A stretch of 64,000 bases of DNA from an uncultured Pirellulaceae bacterium (GCA_964478065.1 CAYZGP010000003.1:1684-65683), one strand, 5' to 3'. Positions 9,765 to 19,629 are shown, counted from the stretch's first letter. Notes: generated by a model not told the origin, from the letters alone. Numbers and translations: made by a program.

Positions 9765-11948
9765 ATGCTAAACGAAAAAACATTTGAATTCAGCCAGGCT
9801 CGCCTTCGGCTCAAAGACAGTCTTCGGTTCACGATGCGTCAAAGTGGCGATGCGGTTGAATATTTGGTCGAAGACGAAGTCACGGGGCGATTCTTTCGTG
9901 TTGGGTTACCTCAGTATACGTTTCTGACGATGTTGGACGGTCGACGAACGGTAAGTACCGGACTGATGAAGACCGCGACGCTGTTGCGCGAACATGCCAT
10001 CGATGAAACCGAAGCTGCCAATCTTTGTAAATGGGCAATCGAATCGGGACTTGTCGAATCGGAAACTGGTAACTCAACGGCTCGGCGAATTGAGCAACAT
10101 GAGTTGCAGCAAAAACAAAAGATGATGTCGTATCTCAATCCTATGATGATGCGAATTCCGCTTTTCAATCCCGATCCAATCGTCACCACTCTCTCGCGAT
10201 TCATTGGTTTCGTCGTCAGCCCGATCGGCGCTGTTATCTGGTTGACGGTTTGCCTCTATGGATTTTTTCAGCTGGCAAACAACTGGGACGCGTTTTACAC
10301 GAACCGCGTCAACTCGTTCGGTGCGGCTGATTTCGCTTGGATCGCATTGACATGGATCGTGCTGAAATTGATTCACGAAATTGCCCACTCATTAGTTTGT
10401 AAACAGTTCGGCGGGCGCGTTCAGTCGTGCGGGATGTTATTCCTGTTGATGATTCCAATGCCCTATGTCGATGTGACCAGTTCATGGCGATTCGACAATA
10501 AATGGAAACGGATTTTGACGTCCGCTGCCGGAATGATGAGCGAAGTTTTTCTCGCAGCGATCGCGTGTTGGGTGTGGGCAACCAGCTCTCCGGGGCCACT
10601 TCAGTATCACGCCGGCAACGTCATCATCTCCGCGACGTTGCATACTTTGTTGTTCAATATCAACCCGTTGATGCGGTTCGATGGTTATTACATGTTGGCC
10701 GACTGGTTGGAGATTCCCAACCTCTCGACGCACGGAAGAAGCTGGCTCAAAGGCGTTTTCAAACGAGCTTATTTTGGCAACAAAGCCCAACCGCTTAAGG
10801 AAACAGGATTTCGCGGACTGGCCGTGAGAGCTTACGGTATCATGGCGATGATGTGGTTTTTTACCATCGCTATCGGCCTGTCGCTTGCCGCATCGAGTTT
10901 CATGGAGGGCTTTGGGTTGTTGGTCGCCGCGATCGGATTGGTACTGTGGGTCGGGGTTCCGTTATATAGTCTTTGCAAGTACACCGCCGTTGGCACCAAA
11001 ACAGAAAAACCCAATCGGCCATGGTTTGCTGGGGCAATGACACTCACGCTGCTGCTGGTAGCGGGATTTCTTTATTGTTGTCCGAGTCCTTCGGTCGTTT
11101 CCGCACCGGTTGTGATTGACTACGAACCGCTTTCGGTTGTCCGCGCCAATTCAACCGGATTTGCGAAGTCGATTCATGTGGTCGATGGACAAAGCGTCAA
11201 CCAAGGCGACCTGTTGGTTACTTTGGAAAATCCTGATATCGAACACGAGCTAAAATCTTTGATGATCGACATCAAGATCTCACAACTACGCTCCAATACT
11301 CTGTTTAGTCAGGGCGAAATTAGCCAAGTTCAATTGGAGCAAAAATCGCTTGATTCGATGTTGAAGCGAAAGTCCGAACTGGAAACGCGAATCGCAGAGC
11401 TTAAAATTTACGCTCCACAATCGGGTAACGTTTTGGCGCGTGATCTTGAATCGCTAACTGGAAGGCACTTTACTCCTGGTACTGAAATTCTCTCCATTGC
11501 AGAACCGGGTGCACTTCACGCGATTGCATTGACTCGCCAAACAGATATCGAGTGGGTGGCCGAAAACCCGGAAGCCGATATTGAGCTAGTGGTTTGGGGG
11601 CGGCACGAAAACGATTTGCTTGTCGGCAAGATCAAGCATATTAATCCTCGTGCCCGAGACGATTTACCTCACGAGGCATTCGCGGCTTCAGTTGGTGGCC
11701 CATTGGCTGTCGTAAGTCGGGGGCAAGTTGAAGAGCTAGAGGACCAAAAAGATGAAGGCGAGATGATGCTAACCCACCCCCGTGTTCCAGTCGAAATCGA
11801 ACTCAAAAAAGAAGATCGAGTGAGCTTGGTCGCAGGACAAACAGGGCAACTGATTGTCCGCTCGCGGAACCAAAACATGGGCAGCTACCTGGCTAATAAC
11901 CTGGTCCGGTTCGTTCGCGAAAACAATTTCCGAACGCACGGGCTATAA
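9765..11948 (+). CDS. PqqD/RRE-like domain + M50 (site-2) metalloprotease-like membrane domain + HlyD/lipoyl adaptor fusion
   Basis: HEIAH (HExxH) inside a TM segment and NINPLMRFDGYY (NPDG-like), several TM helices. C-terminal VRANSTGF...VVDGQSVNQGDLLVTLEN and IYAPQSGNV. N-terminal YLVEDEVTGRFFRVGLPQYTFLTMLDG wHTH-like segment. Confidence 0.85.
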   Translation: MLNEKTFEFSQARLRLKDSLRFTMRQSGDAVEYLVEDEVTGRFFRVGLPQYTFLTMLDGRRTVSTGLMKTATLLREHAIDETEAANLCKWAIESGLVESETGNSTARRIEQHELQQKQKMMSYLNPMMMRIPLFNPDPIVTTLSRFIGFVVSPIGAVIWLTVCLYGFFQLANNWDAFYTNRVNSFGAADFAWIALTWIVLKLIHEIAHSLVCKQFGGRVQSCGMLFLLMIPMPYVDVTSSWRFDNKWKRILTSAAGMMSEVFLAAIACWVWATSSPGPLQYHAGNVIISATLHTLLFNINPLMRFDGYYMLADWLEIPNLSTHGRSWLKGVFKRAYFGNKAQPLKETGFRGLAVRAYGIMAMMWFFTIAIGLSLAASSFMEGFGLLVAAIGLVLWVGVPLYSLCKYTAVGTKTEKPNRPWFAGAMTLTLLLVAGFLYCCPSPSVVSAPVVIDYEPLSVVRANSTGFAKSIHVVDGQSVNQGDLLVTLENPDIEHELKSLMIDIKISQLRSNTLFSQGEISQVQLEQKSLDSMLKRKSELETRIAELKIYAPQSGNVLARDLESLTGRHFTPGTEILSIAEPGALHAIALTRQTDIEWVAENPEADIELVVWGRHENDLLVGKIKHINPRARDDLPHEAFAASVGGPLAVVSRGQVEELEDQKDEGEMMLTHPRVPVEIELKKEDRVSLVAGQTGQLIVRSRNQNMGSYLANNLVRFVRENNFRTHGL

Positions 11949-12141
11949 CCGACGCGCCGACATCCATCATTCGAATCAACCCCGTTCTGGGGTATCCGAA
12001 GCAGGCAAGTTGCAAATTTACAATGTTGCTTGTCTCTTTCACCGCTCGGCATCTAATTTTGCTTCCAGCTACCAGTGTCGCAAGTGGAAGCTTTGAATGG
12101 CCGATTTCGGCTTTGCGTTCAGCGTGAGTTAACTTTTGCTG

Positions 12142-12407
12142 ATTGATTGGGTGTTGGCGAATCCAACGGTTGTGCGTCGCTTTTTGAAAGCCAATCGTTT
12201 GCGTTTGGAGCTTCACCAGCCCGCCGCCGCAGTGAGTGCTTTAGCAACGCCTCTATATTTTCACGACGTCATCAATCAGTGGCTTTGTGTCTTGTTCTTC
12301 GTTGGGTTCAGCGCATGTTAATTTGTGCCAATTGATTGGTGTTGGCGAATCCAACAGTTGTGCCGTAGCTTTTTGCAAGCCAATCGTTTGCGTTTGAAAC
12401 TCATCAG
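12142..12407. repeat. Two imperfect ~77-bp direct repeats (12142-12219 and 12331-12407) with conserved internal hairpins
   Basis: Copy 1 ATTGATTGGGTGTTGGCGAATCCAACGGTTGTGCGTCGCTTTTTGAAAGCCAATCGTTTGCGTTTGG. Copy 2 ATTGATTGG-TGTTGGCGAATCCAACAGTTGTGCCGTAGCTTTTTGCAAGCCAATCGTTTGCGTTTGA. Confidence 0.85.
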
Positions 12408-12697
12408 TTTTCGTACATGCTAACGCAGATGCAATTGTTCAGAGGGTGCGGGTATTGAGGGTCAAAGAGGAGATTACTCCTAATCGAAAATGATAGGTGG
12501 TTGAGTTTTTCGAATGTAGCGCTGATGTTGAATGCAGCTGTTCGAATGCCGTGATACATAGAGGAATTGGCAAATCTATCACAAGCAAATTGACGATTAG
12601 AATCCTACCTCAAAAGCTCCGGGGTTTAGCACTCGTCAAATTCAGATGCTTACTCTTCTCACCGAACTCAACAAACTTTTTCCCACCTTGGAATTTT

Positions 12698-14500
12698 ATG
12701 AAAATGCGAATTCTAATTGCCGCCATAGCAGCGCTCGGTTGTGTTTCCGCTTCTGTGGTCGCTCAGCAACCACAGTTCAAGCAATTTGATGCAGTTGATG
12801 TGTTTCGTCAGATGGATAGTAGTGTCCAGGAGCAACCTTTGGTCCCGTCTTGGTGGGACACCAACGTTGCTCAGTCGTTAAGAGATCAACCGCCAATTCA
12901 AGCAGACGTTCATACACTGCTTTATTTGGCGGTTCATCACTCCAATCAAATCAAGATTGCCAAACGCGATCCGCTGATTCGTGAAACGGCGATTCAGGAA
13001 GCTGACTCAAATTTCGATTGGGTTCGCTATCTCAATACAGCCTGGAACGATACGAGTGAACCGATCAGCAACACGTTGACAGCGGGCGGAACGGCGACTC
13101 GATTTGTTGATAACGTCTTTCAGGGTACTGGTGGAATTCGCCGGAACACTCGTAGTGGTGGTCAGCTTGATATTAGTCAGCGATTCGGCTGGCAGGACAA
13201 CAACTCAACGTTCTTCGTTCCAGACAATCAAGCGACCGGCCAATTCACTGTTTCTTATTCTCATCCTTTGCTTCGTGGCAACGGCGTGGCGTACAACACG
13301 AGTATCGTTTTTCTCGCACAAGTTGATTCCGAGGTTGCCCAACAGGAATTTCTGGCGACGTTGCAAGACGAGCTGTTGGAAGTCACTCGCAGCTACTGGA
13401 CTCTATACCTTGAGCGTGCTGTGTTGGCTCACAGAATGCGGTTGTTCTTGAAGACTCAGGAAATTTACGGCACGCTTAAGGCACGCCAAACGGTTGATAC
13501 CCAGGGGACGCAAGTGATCACGGCAGCAAGTGCCTTGGAAGGCCGTCGAGCTGACTTGATTCGTGCTAGAACGGCTGTGACCAATGCCGAAACTCGACTG
13601 CGTGGTATGATCAATGCCCCGGAACTACAAAATTCAGATCAGGCAGAGTTGATCCCGGTTGAAATGCCTTCAACGCAATTTTTTCGACCTGATTTACAAG
13701 CTGAAATTCAAACGGCGCTTCAAAATCGCCCGGAAGTCATGGCCGCGATCCGTCAAGTCAAAGCTGGATCGGTACGGTTGGGAGTCGCTCGACATGAATT
13801 GCTTCCTGCACTTAACCTCGTCACACAGCTTTATAGTAGTGGCCTGCGAGGTAACAGCAATTTTGGTGGTGCGTTTACTGATCAATTTTCTGTTGGAAGG
13901 CCAAGCTATTCTGTTGGGCTTCAGTACGAGATGCCAGTAGGAAATCGCCTTGCCAAAGCTCGACTTTGCCGCCGGCAACATGAACTTGCCCAGTTGCAAG
14001 ACGAGTACGCCCGTGCGTTGCAGATCGTTCAAACCGAAGTTGACATTGCAGTTCGAGAACTCAATACGGCGTATTTGGAAATTGGTGCTAAAAGCCGAGC
14101 TTTGGCAGCAGCCGAAGCAGAAGCTAACACAATCGAACAGCGCTGGTTGCGAATGGTTGATGGAAGCGGTACAAGCGGACTCAACCTCGAGTCGCTATTG
14201 CGTTCGCAAGAGCGAGTCACTGAAGCCGAACGTGAATACGTAACATCGCTTCTGACTTATAATCTTGCTATGATCAATCTCAAGCGAAGCAATGGAACTT
14301 TGCTTCAGACAGAAAACATTTCGGTATCCAATGATTGCGAGAATGGTTGCAACGGTATCCAGGTTGACAAACTTGGCCCGGCTGCGACAAACCAACCGGC
14401 CATGATCGGTCAGGATCAGTTGCCGGCCGAAGAAAGCATCATGGAAGTCAGTTCTCTTCCGCAAAATGATGAACTTGAAGCAAGCTACTTTCGCAGATAA
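12698..14500 (+). CDS. TolC-family outer membrane channel, paralogue 2
   Basis: Long stretches identical to paralogue 1. Signal peptide MKMRILIAAIAALGCVSASVVA/QQ from ATG 12698, preferred over GTG 12497. Confidence 0.87.
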   Translation: MKMRILIAAIAALGCVSASVVAQQPQFKQFDAVDVFRQMDSSVQEQPLVPSWWDTNVAQSLRDQPPIQADVHTLLYLAVHHSNQIKIAKRDPLIRETAIQEADSNFDWVRYLNTAWNDTSEPISNTLTAGGTATRFVDNVFQGTGGIRRNTRSGGQLDISQRFGWQDNNSTFFVPDNQATGQFTVSYSHPLLRGNGVAYNTSIVFLAQVDSEVAQQEFLATLQDELLEVTRSYWTLYLERAVLAHRMRLFLKTQEIYGTLKARQTVDTQGTQVITAASALEGRRADLIRARTAVTNAETRLRGMINAPELQNSDQAELIPVEMPSTQFFRPDLQAEIQTALQNRPEVMAAIRQVKAGSVRLGVARHELLPALNLVTQLYSSGLRGNSNFGGAFTDQFSVGRPSYSVGLQYEMPVGNRLAKARLCRRQHELAQLQDEYARALQIVQTEVDIAVRELNTAYLEIGAKSRALAAAEAEANTIEQRWLRMVDGSGTSGLNLESLLRSQERVTEAEREYVTSLLTYNLAMINLKRSNGTLLQTENISVSNDCENGCNGIQVDKLGPAATNQPAMIGQDQLPAEESIMEVSSLPQNDELEASYFRR

Positions 14501-14612
14501 CGTGGCATTTGTTAGGGCACGACACTTATTCCGTGAACAAGTCAAAAAAGTGTCAGTGATGAAGTGGTTGGCGTTTGTCTGCGCTTAAAAAAAGCATCCA
14601 GTCAAAAAGCGT

Positions 14613-15326
14613 TCAATTACTTTTCAAAAGCTCGTCAACGAACTTGGGCACAATTTCGGTTGCGGCTCCGTATTCACCACGATCAAACGCACTTCCGTTG
14701 TCGGCTTCTTCCAAGTTCAACGTCACAGTATCAGCACCGCATTGGTTGGCGACGCTTACGAAACCGGCGGCCGGATAAACGGCGCCGGACGTGCCAATTG
14801 AAATGAACAAATCACATTCCTGTAGTGTTGCTTGAATGCGCTCCATTTCAAACGGCATCTCTCCAAACCACACAATGTGTGGCCGCAGCGTACCGGTTTG
14901 CGAACAGCAATCGCAAACGTCTTCAACGCTCAAGTCTGTTCGCACTTCTGATGCGAGTTCACTGTAGATGCATCGTTTTTTCAACAACTCGCCATGGATA
15001 TGAATCAGGTTTTGACTTCCGGCGCGTTCATGAAGATCATCCACGTTCTGCGTTACCAGCAACAGATCGCCAGAAAATTCCTGCTCCAATCGCGCCAACG
15101 CTTTGTGGGCGGCATTTTCTTTGACCGAATCGGACAACAATTGCTGGCGGCGTTGGTTGTAAAATCTCAGAACTAATTCTGGATTGCGCGCGAATCCTTC
15201 CGGAGAAGCGACTTCTTGCACGTCGTGGTTTTCCCATAGCCCGTTGCTGTCGCGAAATGTTTTGATGCCAGATTCTGCCGAGATTCCTGCTCCGGTCAAA
15301 ATGACGATTCGTTTGTATTTGCTCAT
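14613..15326 (-). CDS. cobB: NAD-dependent protein deacylase (sirtuin class III, likely desuccinylase)
   Basis: GAGISAESGIKTFR, FYNQRR (YxxR acyl pocket), TQNVDDLHERAG, HGEL, RPHIVWFGE, GTSGAVYPAAG. Confidence 0.95.
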   Translation of the reverse strand: MSKYKRIVILTGAGISAESGIKTFRDSNGLWENHDVQEVASPEGFARNPELVLRFYNQRRQQLLSDSVKENAAHKALARLEQEFSGDLLLVTQNVDDLHERAGSQNLIHIHGELLKKRCIYSELASEVRTDLSVEDVCDCCSQTGTLRPHIVWFGEMPFEMERIQATLQECDLFISIGTSGAVYPAAGFVSVANQCGADTVTLNLEEADNGSAFDRGEYGAATEIVPKFVDELLKSN

Positions 15327-15430
15327 TGATCAGCTTTTAATCTTCAAGTTGGCGTTTGGGATGCCTAGAAGAGCACGCTCGCGCAGCGATGTTCGCGACT
15401 TTAAAAATATTTCTGGCCAGCGGTTGTGGT

Positions 15431-16249
15431 TTACATAGTCCATTGACCATCAAACAAAACGACGGCGTTGGCATTGATCAACAGCGTATTCTCCGCGACT
15501 ATTTTCAACTCCATTGAGCCAGTACGTTCGGACGATTGATGCGCATTCAATTTTGTCTTGTCCAATTTGTCGCCCCAATATTTTGCCAAAAAAGTATGGG
15601 TCACGCCGGTAACCGGATCTTCATTGCCTCCGCTCCATGGCCAGAAGAATCGAGAATGAAAATCGAAGTCTGCGCTTTTAGATTTCGCCGTAACCACAAC
15701 GCCTTGAATGCTGTCGTGTGATGCGAGTAGGGCGTCAAAGTCAGGTTCTAGCTGCTTCAACTCGACCGTATCTTCGATTTCCAGCAGCACAATTTGTGTT
15801 TCCTGATTGAAAGCGCAATGCAGCACAGTTTCAATTCTCAAGGCGTCAACAAGTTCATCGGGAACCGTGAAAGGCTCTACGTCGTAAAGTGGAAACTTCA
15901 TTTGAATCTTGCCATCGCGATTGAGCTTTGAAACCAAGTTCAGTTTTTCGATGGTATGGAAATGTATTGCTTCGTGTGTTGGGTTCAGGTCAAAAATTAC
16001 TTTGCTGGCCGCCAGCGTTGCATGTCCGCACAATGGAATTTCCATGATCGGTGAAAAGTAGCGAATGAAGTAGTTTGTGCCGCCGTCCCATCTTACAAAT
16101 GCAGTTTCAGAAAAGTTGAGCTCCTTGGCGATGGCTTGCATTCGCTCGTCTCGAATCTCGGACGACGTAAAAGGATCCAGCAAACAAACGCCAGCTGGGT
16201 TTCCTGCGAAAGGCTGGTCTGTAAATGAGTCGACAATAAAGGTTCTCAT
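15431..16249 (-). CDS. PhzF-family isomerase/epimerase
   Basis: VDSFTDQPFAGNPAGV, ELNFSETAF, IRYFSPIMEIPLCGHATLA, SRFFWPWSGGNEDPVTG. Confidence 0.93.
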   Translation of the reverse strand: MRTFIVDSFTDQPFAGNPAGVCLLDPFTSSEIRDERMQAIAKELNFSETAFVRWDGGTNYFIRYFSPIMEIPLCGHATLAASKVIFDLNPTHEAIHFHTIEKLNLVSKLNRDGKIQMKFPLYDVEPFTVPDELVDALRIETVLHCAFNQETQIVLLEIEDTVELKQLEPDFDALLASHDSIQGVVVTAKSKSADFDFHSRFFWPWSGGNEDPVTGVTHTFLAKYWGDKLDKTKLNAHQSSERTGSMELKIVAENTLLINANAVVLFDGQWTM

Positions 16250-16565
16250 GTTTTACTTTTACCAAAGCGTTACGGCACGTCCGTCACTTGAGTCTTTGCC
16301 AGTTCTATTCTGCCAAATGTGGGTTGAGCTGTTTGAGCAAAACAAGGTTCGCTCGCCTGAATTTTCTACTGTCCAACGACCCAAAGCAACAAGCCTACGA
16401 CTTGAGACTTGGCTGAAATTCGCTTCGGGACTCAGCGAAAGTTATCCAGACGATAAGCCAGGGAGCGGAGAAGCAAAGAGTAAAAACTAATGAAATCCCA
16501 ACGCTTTGCCGTTTTAAACAAATCTGTGAGTTATTTGACGGAAAAGCTATAAAAATCAAAAAGCC

Positions 16566-17558
16566 TTGCTAGAATGTCTCTACACATTCCTTTCACCAAA
16601 GCTTGTCACCGTGTCAGAATCTCCCCCAGGTATTTCCGTTTTAATGACGGCTTATAACGCGATGCCCTATTTGGAGAGCGCCGTTGATTCGATATTAAAA
16701 CAAACGTATTCGAATTTCGAGTTTGTGATCGTCAACGATGGATCAGTCGATGGTACACAAGAATACCTGAACTCAGTTCAAGACCCGCGCATTCGTGTCT
16801 TTCACGAAATAAATCGCGGTACCGCAGGTGCCTCGAATTTTGGATTGTCACATTGCAATGGGAAGTACGTAGCGCGAATGGACGCCGATGATGTCTCGAT
16901 GCCAACGCGGCTTGAAAAGCAGTTTGAGTTTATGGAGTCCAATCCAGAGGTGTCATTGGTGGGCACGCAAACTCAATTGCTTGGCGAAAAAGAGTTAGGG
17001 ATGAAGCCCGCAATGCCCTTGGAGCACGACGAGATTTTTGATGCTCTCAAGAAATTGAACCACGGGATTGCCCATGGTTCTTGCATGTATCGGAATCGAT
17101 TGATCCAACAGATGGGCGGTTACTGGGATACGCATCGAACGTTTGACGACTGGGACATGTTCTTGAAAATGGGCGAAGTCGGGCGGTTGGCAAATTTGCC
17201 GGAATTGCTGTATCAATACCGACTCCTGGCACAGGGGCTCGTTGGTTCAAGACTTGGCGAAATGAGACAGTATTATTGGTATGCGATTGAATGCTCAGAA
17301 CGCCGTACCCAAAACGCTCCACCGATTTCGTTTGAAGACTTTATCGCCAACTCAGGCCGACAGACCTGGTTGGGTAAGAAAATTGAAAGTCTCGAAGTAT
17401 ACGCACTCAATCAGTATCGCATTTCGGCGGCCGACCTCATCAATGGCCAAAAGCTACGTGGCTATTCGAGATTAATACTGGCGGCATTCTGTTCGCCCAC
17501 TCGGACGTTGAATCGAGTTCAGCGAACGTTGCTCAACTGGCGGCGAGTTAAAGCTTAG
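16566..17558 (+). CDS. Glycosyltransferase family 2
   Basis: ISVLMTAYNAMPYLESAVDSILKQTYSNFEFVIVNDGSVDGT and YVARMDADDVS. Alternative start GTG 16611. Confidence 0.92.
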   Translation: MLECLYTFLSPKLVTVSESPPGISVLMTAYNAMPYLESAVDSILKQTYSNFEFVIVNDGSVDGTQEYLNSVQDPRIRVFHEINRGTAGASNFGLSHCNGKYVARMDADDVSMPTRLEKQFEFMESNPEVSLVGTQTQLLGEKELGMKPAMPLEHDEIFDALKKLNHGIAHGSCMYRNRLIQQMGGYWDTHRTFDDWDMFLKMGEVGRLANLPELLYQYRLLAQGLVGSRLGEMRQYYWYAIECSERRTQNAPPISFEDFIANSGRQTWLGKKIESLEVYALNQYRISAADLINGQKLRGYSRLILAAFCSPTRTLNRVQRTLLNWRRVKA

Positions 17559-17721
17559 TGCCGTAAAGAAGTTGAATTCATAAACCAGGCTCTCAAATTG
17601 CGCGCCAATTTCTTTGATGTTGGCGGGAAAATCGCAATTCCTGAAACATCTTTCGATAATCAAGGTAAAATATCAGCGTCCCTGTAAAAACGGATGGCGT
17701 TCCAGAAGTTTCAGCCCCTGA

Positions 17722-19599
17722 TTGGAGATAATAAGCGTGCGAAATTTGGCAATCAACCGAGCGATGGTTTTGGTGTTAAGCCTTTTCCTTTTCTCAAGTA
17801 CCGGCTGGGCCCAGCAGGACAAAAGCAAAGACAAAGAAACCAAGTCTTCGAGAAAAACTTCGGCGAGTAAAAAGCAATCTGGAAAGAAATCAGACGATAA
17901 AGAGTCAAAGCCCAAACCCACCAACGTCCATCATCTTGCTTTGTCTGGAACGTATGTCGATTTCATTGGCGGGTCGAGTCTGGATGTCCAAGCATTGCTT
18001 CTTGGTGGAGGTGCAAAACGAAAATCGTTTTATCGGCTTTGTGAACATCTTGAAAAACTTGGCGAAAACAAAGACTACAAGCACATCGTTTTCGATCTTT
18101 CGGCCAACGTCAGTTTCAACGCTGCCCAACTGGACGAGTTGACTCGGCGTTTGGAAAAACTAAATGACAAAGGCAAGAAGACATACGCGTGGCTCGAAAA
18201 TGCTACGGGTGCCCATGTGGCGATCGCGGCGACTTGTGATGAAGTCATCATGGCTGACTTTGGCGGCATCGATTTGCCATCGACTTCGATGTCTTCCATG
18301 TTCTTCAAAGACGCCATGGATTTGCTGGGCGTCAAAGCGTCAGTCGTTCGGGCGGGCGATTTCAAGGGCGCAGTTGAGCCTTACCTCAATTCGAAAATGA
18401 GCACGCATTTGCGTGAGCACTACGTCAAGATGTTGACTTCGATCAACGATGCAGGCGTTTCACGAATTGCCAAAGGCCGCGGTTTAAAAAGCCAGGAAGT
18501 TCGTGAGATCCAAAGCCAGCGAATGTTGCTTCCACGTGAGGCAGTCAAAGCCGGACTCGTCGATACACTTGCTCCTTACGGCTCAATGAAAGAGACGATC
18601 AACAAAATGATCGGTGGCGAAACAAAATGGAAAACACCAAAAACGACAAAGAAATCAGTTACGATTTTTGACTTGTTCAGCCCAGGTAACGCGCGTGATT
18701 ACGTCAAAGATAATTCGATCGCGGTGTTGCATTTGAGCGGCGCGATCACAGATGGTAAGTCTGGCAGTACGGGTATCGTTTCCGGACCGTCCGTCAAAGC
18801 GATTGAAAAACTCATTAAAAACGAACGCATCAAAGCTGTTGTTGTAAGGGTCAATTCACCCGGCGGAAGTGCTACCGCTAGTGAGGCAGTACGTCAGGCA
18901 CTTGTCAAACTAACCAAAGAAAAACCAGTTGTCGTTTCGATGGGTTCAATGGCGGCCTCGGGCGGCTATTGGATCAGTTGCATCGACGCACCTGTCTATG
19001 CAGAGCGCGGAACGATCACCGGTTCAATCGGTGTTTTCTCAATGAAGATGGGAACGGGACAACTGATGCGACGCGTCGGAATTCACGAAGAGTCAATCAC
19101 GCTTGACGATTCTGCGGGGTTGTTCGAAATGTCGCGAACTTGGAGCGAAGGCGACGTCGAGTTGATGCAGGGCTCAATTGACTCCGTTTACGACCGGTTT
19201 TTGAAATTGGTCAGTAAAGCACGTGGCATTTCGGTTGATAAAGTAAAACCTATGGCAGGCGGCCGAGTTTGGTCCGGTACCCAAGCCAAGCGATTGCAGT
19301 TGGTGGATGAGATTGGTGGCTTGGATGATTGTTTGAAGCTTGCGGCCAAACGGGCGAAGCTCGATGACTACCACTTGATCCATCGCCCACAAGTTTCCTC
19401 TGGAATTGACTTGAGCGAACTAATGGGCGGTGGCGATGACGAAATTTTTAGCGATATGTTTTCGTCTACCGCCTTGAAATTGCTTTCGCGAACAGTAGGT
19501 GCTGATACGTCGAAGCATATCTTGCGTGACTCATTGCACAATGCCGGTTCACGTCCTACCGTCTGGTTGCTCAATGATGCGGCGATTCGCATTCGTTAA
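17722..19599 (+). CDS. sppA: Signal peptide peptidase SppA (long, tandem S49)
   Basis: Two S49 domains. Motifs RAGDFKGAVEP, VVRVNSPGGSATASE, KPVVVSMGSMAASGGYWIS, TITGSIGVF, GGRVWSG. Confidence 0.92.
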   Translation: MEIISVRNLAINRAMVLVLSLFLFSSTGWAQQDKSKDKETKSSRKTSASKKQSGKKSDDKESKPKPTNVHHLALSGTYVDFIGGSSLDVQALLLGGGAKRKSFYRLCEHLEKLGENKDYKHIVFDLSANVSFNAAQLDELTRRLEKLNDKGKKTYAWLENATGAHVAIAATCDEVIMADFGGIDLPSTSMSSMFFKDAMDLLGVKASVVRAGDFKGAVEPYLNSKMSTHLREHYVKMLTSINDAGVSRIAKGRGLKSQEVREIQSQRMLLPREAVKAGLVDTLAPYGSMKETINKMIGGETKWKTPKTTKKSVTIFDLFSPGNARDYVKDNSIAVLHLSGAITDGKSGSTGIVSGPSVKAIEKLIKNERIKAVVVRVNSPGGSATASEAVRQALVKLTKEKPVVVSMGSMAASGGYWISCIDAPVYAERGTITGSIGVFSMKMGTGQLMRRVGIHEESITLDDSAGLFEMSRTWSEGDVELMQGSIDSVYDRFLKLVSKARGISVDKVKPMAGGRVWSGTQAKRLQLVDEIGGLDDCLKLAAKRAKLDDYHLIHRPQVSSGIDLSELMGGGDDEIFSDMFSSTALKLLSRTVGADTSKHILRDSLHNAGSRPTVWLLNDAAIRIR

Positions 19600-19629
19600 T
19601 TTGACCTCAATTGAGGCGACGAAGAAAAG

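Noticed and set aside
12142-12407. CRISPR array or c-di-GMP-I riboswitch reading of the repeat pair
   Set aside because: Only two long imperfect copies and no cas genes. The GEMM core (GNRA loop/receptor, GCAAAGC) is not properly matched.
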